Shown one piece after another: positions 17,375 through 22,252 of a stretch of DNA of 22,252 bases. Numbering within the stretch: position 1 is the stretch's first letter; the number at the start of each line of letters is the position of its first letter. Below the pieces are notes generated by a model. It was not told the DNA's origin and ran no database searches. It saw only the letters and a list, made by a program, of their open reading frames with translations. The position numbers were made by a program, and so were the translations under genes. The DNA lies in sequence record DRR723986_4815; one strand, given 5' to 3'.

Positions 17375-18889
17375 ATGACTGGTCTACTGCCGAATTCATC
17401 CGCCAACGTACAGACCTCGGACGTACCCGCGTTCTTGGGGGAAGATCAGTACTGGCCTGATGAACCACGAAGCATTGACGACACCGGATTGAGTCCTACT
17501 CTCGTCGATTCGATCATTTGTCAGATCTTGAGCGCACGAGGAAACTTGCCTGGGCGGTCATTGGCTGATGCGGTTGGCCTACCATTCGGAATCGTCGAAA
17601 TCCGCTTGAGTGATTTGCGAAGCCGACAGATCCTTACCCACACTCGTAGTGCGCCGCTAAACGATTTTTACTACGGTCTAACTGAAGCAGGCCACAATCG
17701 AACGCTTCAGCTTCAGAAGTCAATGATCTACACCGGGCCTGCTCCGGTTCCACTAGCAGACTATCTTGTCAGCGTCGAAGCTCAAGCGAGTCAGTACGAT
17801 CCGATCGAGCGATCCGACTTGGTGGATGCTCTCAACGGCATTTCCTACGATCCGGCTTGGCTTGATTTTCTCGGCCCCGCAGTGAACTCGACCGGCGGCA
17901 TCTTTCTGTACGGAGCTCCTGGTAACGGGAAAACCACTCTAGCGAAGTGCCTAACGGCCTTGAAGGGCAAGCACATCTGGATTCCTCATGCTGTTATCGA
18001 CGACGGCAACATTATCAAGGTCTTCGACGCTGCTTATCATACTCCCGCATCCGAGGATGCTGGCGACAGTCTGGTGGATTCAAGTAACGTTGATCGACGA
18101 TGGATCCGCGTCGAACGCCCAACCGTAATCGTTGGTGGAGAGCTTACGCTCGACAATTTAGAGATTCGGCATGACGCGCGAAGCAATACCTGCGAAGCAC
18201 CCCTGCAAGTCAAAAGCAACTGCGGCAGCCTGCTCGTCGATGACTTTGGGCGTCAGCGAGTTGCACCGGAAGACCTGCTGAATCGATGGATTATTCCACT
18301 GGAAAATCGGCTCGACTACCTGACACTCCCAACAGGTAAAAAGATCAGCGTGCCCTTTGAGCAGACGGTGATATTCTCGACAAACCTCCTACCGCAAGAC
18401 CTTGTGGATGAGGCGTTCTTGCGGCGAGTTCCATTCAAGATTGAAATTGCCGATCCGTCGCCTCAGGAGTTCATGGTCATCTTCCAGCGTGCTTGTTCGC
18501 AGATGGGATTTCCTTGGCGGCCTGACGTCGTCAAGCAATTGATTGCTGGGTTCTTCCTCGGTAGGAAACGCCCACTTCGAAGGTGCTATGCACGGGACCT
18601 ACTCAAGCAGGTCAAAGCGTACTGCGTTTATCAAGGCGAACCCTGCGATTTACGCATTGAGTATCTGCAACATGCCTGCAGAAACTACTTTGGCACACTC
18701 GAGATTGAAACAGCGACAGCGCCGATGCAGTCTGCTACGCCGGTTCAACCCCCTGCTCCGCCAAAACCTCAACCAGTTCCTCAGGTTGCTCCAGCGGCGT
18801 CACCCGCCCAGAACGCCGCCGCAGTTGTGCCACCAGGGTCCGGGAATGCTGATCAGCCACCCCCATCCGGAACAGTCGTACTCCAATAA
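17375..18889 (+). CDS. AAA+ ATPase with N-terminal winged-helix-like region and Pro/Ala/Gln-rich tail
   Basis: From ATG 17375 it is 504 aa: Walker A GAPGNGKT (17912-17935), Walker B LLVDDFG, LLNRWIIPLE, pre-sensor-1 hairpin YLTLPTGKKISVPF, sensor-1 IFSTN, Arg finger AFLRRVP. The N-terminal GRSLADAVGLPFGIVEIRLSDL...YGLTEAG resembles a wHTH. Confidence 0.88.
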   Translation: MTGLLPNSSANVQTSDVPAFLGEDQYWPDEPRSIDDTGLSPTLVDSIICQILSARGNLPGRSLADAVGLPFGIVEIRLSDLRSRQILTHTRSAPLNDFYYGLTEAGHNRTLQLQKSMIYTGPAPVPLADYLVSVEAQASQYDPIERSDLVDALNGISYDPAWLDFLGPAVNSTGGIFLYGAPGNGKTTLAKCLTALKGKHIWIPHAVIDDGNIIKVFDAAYHTPASEDAGDSLVDSSNVDRRWIRVERPTVIVGGELTLDNLEIRHDARSNTCEAPLQVKSNCGSLLVDDFGRQRVAPEDLLNRWIIPLENRLDYLTLPTGKKISVPFEQTVIFSTNLLPQDLVDEAFLRRVPFKIEIADPSPQEFMVIFQRACSQMGFPWRPDVVKQLIAGFFLGRKRPLRRCYARDLLKQVKAYCVYQGEPCDLRIEYLQHACRNYFGTLEIETATAPMQSATPVQPPAPPKPQPVPQVAPAASPAQNAAAVVPPGSGNADQPPPSGTVVLQ

Positions 18890-18961
18890 TCCAGTTTGCC
18901 GCTCAGCGACTCACAGAGTTGTGACCTGAGCTGGCAAGAATGCAGATGCCGAGAATAGAAG

Positions 18962-21900
18962 ATGTTAGAACCAGGCCACGAACCTATCACTGGATATCGC
19001 CTCCGCAGCCGTTTGGGAGCTGGTGGCTACGGGGAAGTTTGGTTGTGCGATGCGCCTGGAGGTTTGCAGAAAGCGATTAAATTCATCTTTGGAGCGGTCA
19101 CGGGCCCGCAGGCAACCAAAGAGCTGCGCAGCTTGGAGAGGATTTCTAAGGTCAATCATCCGTTCCTGCTTTCCATCGAGCGTGTTGAAGTCGTTGGTGA
19201 CCAACTGCTCATCGTTACCGAACTGGCCGAACATAGTTTGGAAGACCAATTGGCTGCGTGTCGCAAAGCCGGTAGGAGTGGACTGCCCAGACGCGACCTT
19301 CTGCAATATATGCGCGACGCTGCAGAAGCACTCGACTTCTTGGCTACGGAGCACTCTCTCCAGCATTTGGATGTTAAGCCAGCGAACCTGCTTGTTCTTT
19401 CCAAACGGATTAAGGTTGCGGACTTCGGGCTTTTGAAGGATCTGCAAGCGGTTCAGCAGTCTTGCATTGGTGGGATGACGCCAGCGTACACGGCTCCGGA
19501 AGTATTTGACGGCTGCCCTGACGTCAGGTCCGATCAATACTCGTTAGCCATCACATACATCGAACTTCTCACGGGCGGCCTGCCCTTTTCGGGATCAACA
19601 CTGGCCGCTCTTGCCAAACAGCACTTGAACGAAGCACCCAACCTGGACATGCTCCCACCGGGCGATCGTGACATCGTTGCTCGTGCGATGTTGAAGCATC
19701 CATTGGATCGCTTTGCGAATTGTCGTCAGTTCATTGATCAACTGATGAACGTTAAAGCGACATTGATGCCCGTTTCGTTGGATCCGCAGACCAATAGTGA
19801 AACTTCGAGCGAAGCGACAACAACGGCAGTCACGGCGGATAGCAACGATTTGTTCCAGCCTGTTGTCGCTGTTGGTCGTGAGTTTCAAATTGCCGATGAA
19901 GTAGCTGTGCCGACGCTTACGATCGGAGTTGGCGGTGTTGGCGGCAGTGCACTGTCCGACCTTAGGCTTCGCCAAATCGACGCTTCAAGGTCGCAGTTCT
20001 TGTATATCGATACCGATCTAGACGACATCAAACGCTATACATCAAATCTTGACGAAGATGATCCGCGGCGAATCCCAGAAGATGACGTGCTGCATCTGCG
20101 GCTTGGCACGCCAGACGAATATCGTAGGCTTGCACCGGAAAGATTTAAGAGCATTTCGCGGCGCTGGCTTTACAACGTCCCTCGCAGTGGACGCACCGAA
20201 GGAATTCGACCGCTAGCGCTGTTGTCACTTTTGCACTTTCAAGACTCCGTTGCGAGACGCATTCAGGAGAGTCTTGTCCGCCTTCAGTCGGTGGCAAACG
20301 GGCAGACTCTTCGCGTGCAGTTGTTATCGTCTCTGCACGGCGCGACCGGTGGTGGAACGTTGGCAGCTCTAGCGTTGCTCATTCAGGACGTCGCTGAAGC
20401 AAGTGGCGTTACCGTTGAGGTTGAAGCCTTGGTGACGGCCGCTGAATCCTCGCACAGCGGGCCCGCAAAAATGGCTCCCGCAGCGGCACTATCCACACTG
20501 GCTGAGTTGAGCACCTACTTCGATTCCCAGACGGTGCATCCGCCGTTGTTCAGCGTGCTCCCACAGTCGGCCACTCGTCCCGCGCGAGCTAGTTCACCGC
20601 TAAGTCGAGTTGTTGCGGCACACGGGGGCTGTCTGGGTGACGCGACCGACCTGCATCGCGCAGCGGAAAAGCTCGCCGATTTGGCTGAGTTTCGATTGCA
20701 GTATCCAGCATGGAATAGCGATAGCGATCCCAACCAGTGGTTCACAACCGCCGAACGCATCAAGCTTGAATTGCCGAGTCAGCACTCGTCGACCAGCCTA
20801 GCAGTGCTGTGCGTTCTCCGCGGTCTCGCTCAGTTCCGCGACTCGCTTACAGGCAAATCGCAGCCGTCACCTGAGGCATCCGAGCAGATCGTACAAGCGC
20901 TCAAGGGTCGTCTCTATCCAACGCTGGCTCTAGGCGGTGACGATGCTGAATCCGCCGACACGCTAAGGCGGCTGATCGAAGCAAACAATGTGCCCGATGG
21001 CGTCCAGGAGCAGTCTGCACTGATCGGTGAAGCCGTCGAGAAGTCGCATGCGATTGTCTATGAAGCTCTGTTGAGCAATCGTGCAACCTGGTCCCAGGTG
21101 CAGGAAACGCTCGATCAAGTCGTGCAAGAACTTTCTATTGCATCAGTATCACCGGACAGCACTTTGGAGTCTCTTCGCGCCTTTGAGGAATACGCTGCAG
21201 ATGATGCCCTAACCGCCGTCAGGGAGAAAGCTTCGCAACGACTTGCTGCGCTCTCTGAAGCTGTCGAAGAACACAGCCAGGTTTTCCGCTCCACTGGGAG
21301 TGAGTATGCCAGCCGAGTTGGTGAGTGTGGCAAGCAGATTGCGAGCAAGATCCCAGCCAAGCAAGGCCGGGCGCTCTCGGCTTCGGTAGCGGAAAGCCGC
21401 CCGCTGAGTGAAATGGTGACGATCGTTGCCGAGCATTTGCAAAGCGTGCTGACGCAGTCGTTGCCTATTTCGGCGGCAGCCGGAGCAATTGAAACGACCC
21501 AGCGGACCGTGCAGCCGCTGCGAGAATTCAATGTCTCCGGGCTTCTGAGTGAAGCTGTTGTGCAGATCAAAAAGCTGAGTGGGAGATTTGAGATAACGCT
21601 GAATGACTCCGACGCACAGGCGACCAGTCACGCAGCCAAGATCGTTGAAAAGCTTGATTTAGCCATTCCACCGCTGGCACGCTGCGGCGGTAAAGTAACT
21701 CGGCAGGTTGCCGGACGCAGTCGAGAGATTGTGCGGCTAAAGCAACTGATCGAAAACGGCGGTGGCAAGCACGTTAGCAAGAGCACCAGCTTCGTGCATT
21801 GGGAGCATCACCTGTGCAAGAATTCAAACTGGATTCTTACTCAAGCAACAGAGCTACCTCTTGAGTTACTCGTACGGAACCTGTGGCGGCCAGCGGCGGA

Positions 21901-22099
21901 TACGCTGAAGTTGGCCGAGAAACTGCGATCGCGCGTGGACATACGCTGGCCAAGTATCGACGAGATGCTCACGCGGCAACCAGACCGTCAAGACTCAAGT
22001 GAATCTGCTGCTCAGTCGACGGACAACTCAGCCGCAATAAGCCCGTTTCCGCCAGTAGCCGTGGAGCTAAGTCAAACCGTTGTACCGGCAAGCCAATAG
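18962..22099 (+). CDS. Ser/Thr protein kinase fused to a tubulin/FtsZ-like (Tubulin_2-type) domain
   Basis: Kinase (aa ~1-262): LGAGGYGEVW, KAIK, HLDVKPANLL, DFG, YTAPE, SDQYSL. Tubulin-like part: TIGVGGVGG (T1, 19919-19945), YIDTD (T2, ~20003-20017), RTEGIRPLA (T3 region), SLHGATGGG (T4, 20330-20356). A long helical C-terminus follows. Confidence 0.85.
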   Translation: MLEPGHEPITGYRLRSRLGAGGYGEVWLCDAPGGLQKAIKFIFGAVTGPQATKELRSLERISKVNHPFLLSIERVEVVGDQLLIVTELAEHSLEDQLAACRKAGRSGLPRRDLLQYMRDAAEALDFLATEHSLQHLDVKPANLLVLSKRIKVADFGLLKDLQAVQQSCIGGMTPAYTAPEVFDGCPDVRSDQYSLAITYIELLTGGLPFSGSTLAALAKQHLNEAPNLDMLPPGDRDIVARAMLKHPLDRFANCRQFIDQLMNVKATLMPVSLDPQTNSETSSEATTTAVTADSNDLFQPVVAVGREFQIADEVAVPTLTIGVGGVGGSALSDLRLRQIDASRSQFLYIDTDLDDIKRYTSNLDEDDPRRIPEDDVLHLRLGTPDEYRRLAPERFKSISRRWLYNVPRSGRTEGIRPLALLSLLHFQDSVARRIQESLVRLQSVANGQTLRVQLLSSLHGATGGGTLAALALLIQDVAEASGVTVEVEALVTAAESSHSGPAKMAPAAALSTLAELSTYFDSQTVHPPLFSVLPQSATRPARASSPLSRVVAAHGGCLGDATDLHRAAEKLADLAEFRLQYPAWNSDSDPNQWFTTAERIKLELPSQHSSTSLAVLCVLRGLAQFRDSLTGKSQPSPEASEQIVQALKGRLYPTLALGGDDAESADTLRRLIEANNVPDGVQEQSALIGEAVEKSHAIVYEALLSNRATWSQVQETLDQVVQELSIASVSPDSTLESLRAFEEYAADDALTAVREKASQRLAALSEAVEEHSQVFRSTGSEYASRVGECGKQIASKIPAKQGRALSASVAESRPLSEMVTIVAEHLQSVLTQSLPISAAAGAIETTQRTVQPLREFNVSGLLSEAVVQIKKLSGRFEITLNDSDAQATSHAAKIVEKLDLAIPPLARCGGKVTRQVAGRSREIVRLKQLIENGGGKHVSKSTSFVHWEHHLCKNSNWILTQATELPLELLVRNLWRPAADTLKLAEKLRSRVDIRWPSIDEMLTRQPDRQDSSESAAQSTDNSAAISPFPPVAVELSQTVVPASQ

Positions 22100-22145
22100 G
22101 TTTTGAGCGCTTGGCTGCATCGGCTTCATAGTAGTAGGCGCATAT

Positions 22146-22250
22146 AGTAGTAGGCACACTCCGTGTGTCGTAACGCCCTCCGCATCCCGTAACGCCTGAA
22201 GAGCCGAGCTTTGAGGGCGTGCAGACGGCACACGGAGTGTGCCTACTACT
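22146..22250. repeat. REP doublet / REPIN-like inverted repeat (GTAG type)
   Basis: Arms AGTAGTAGGCACACTCCGTGTGTCGT (22146-22171) and ACGGCACACGGAGTGTGCCTACTACT (22225-22250) are 25/26 complementary. Each is GTAG plus an internal hairpin GGCACAC-TCC-GTGTG(C/T)C. Inner inverted pair ACGCCCTC (22173-22180) / GAGGGCGT (22213-22220). Confidence 0.85.
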
Positions 22251-22252
22251 TT

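Noticed and set aside
19919-20356. Calling the kinase C-terminal domain a true FtsZ or BtubA/B
   Set aside because: The signature is degenerate, no evident T7 loop or FtsZ C-terminal peptide, it is fused to a kinase, and there is no dcw context. Only 'tubulin-like' is supportable.
22128-22252. Terminal repeats as a CRISPR array or IS ends
   Set aside because: The main repeats are inverted, not direct with unique spacers; no cas or transposase gene is in the window.

Overview
Bacterial chromosomal window, most likely Planctomycetota (Pirellulales-like). That assignment is inferred from gene content (PEP-CTERM protein, Ser/Thr kinase fused to a tubulin-like domain, GTAG-type REP element), not from a database search. 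The left and middle parts are mostly housekeeping or envelope genes: partial map (minus strand, missing from the ORF track), a TetR-MFP-RND efflux operon with a clear palindromic operator, a PEP-CTERM protein, an EamA/DMT transporter, cnoX/ybbN, fabH, tsaE, an AspC/TyrB aminotransferase, an SDR sugar-nucleotide enzyme with a polyprenol-phosphate GT2, and an orphan anti-sigma-like membrane protein behind an ECF-type promoter candidate. The most interesting part is the right end (15777-22099). An FHA-EAL phosphodiesterase is transcribed divergently from a winged-helix AAA+ ATPase and a 1045-aa non-RD Ser/Thr kinase fused to a degenerate FtsZ/tubulin-like (Tubulin_2/FtsZl-type) domain. This is a candidate phospho-Thr / c-di-GMP / tubulin-like signalling module. 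A REPIN-like inverted repeat closes the window.
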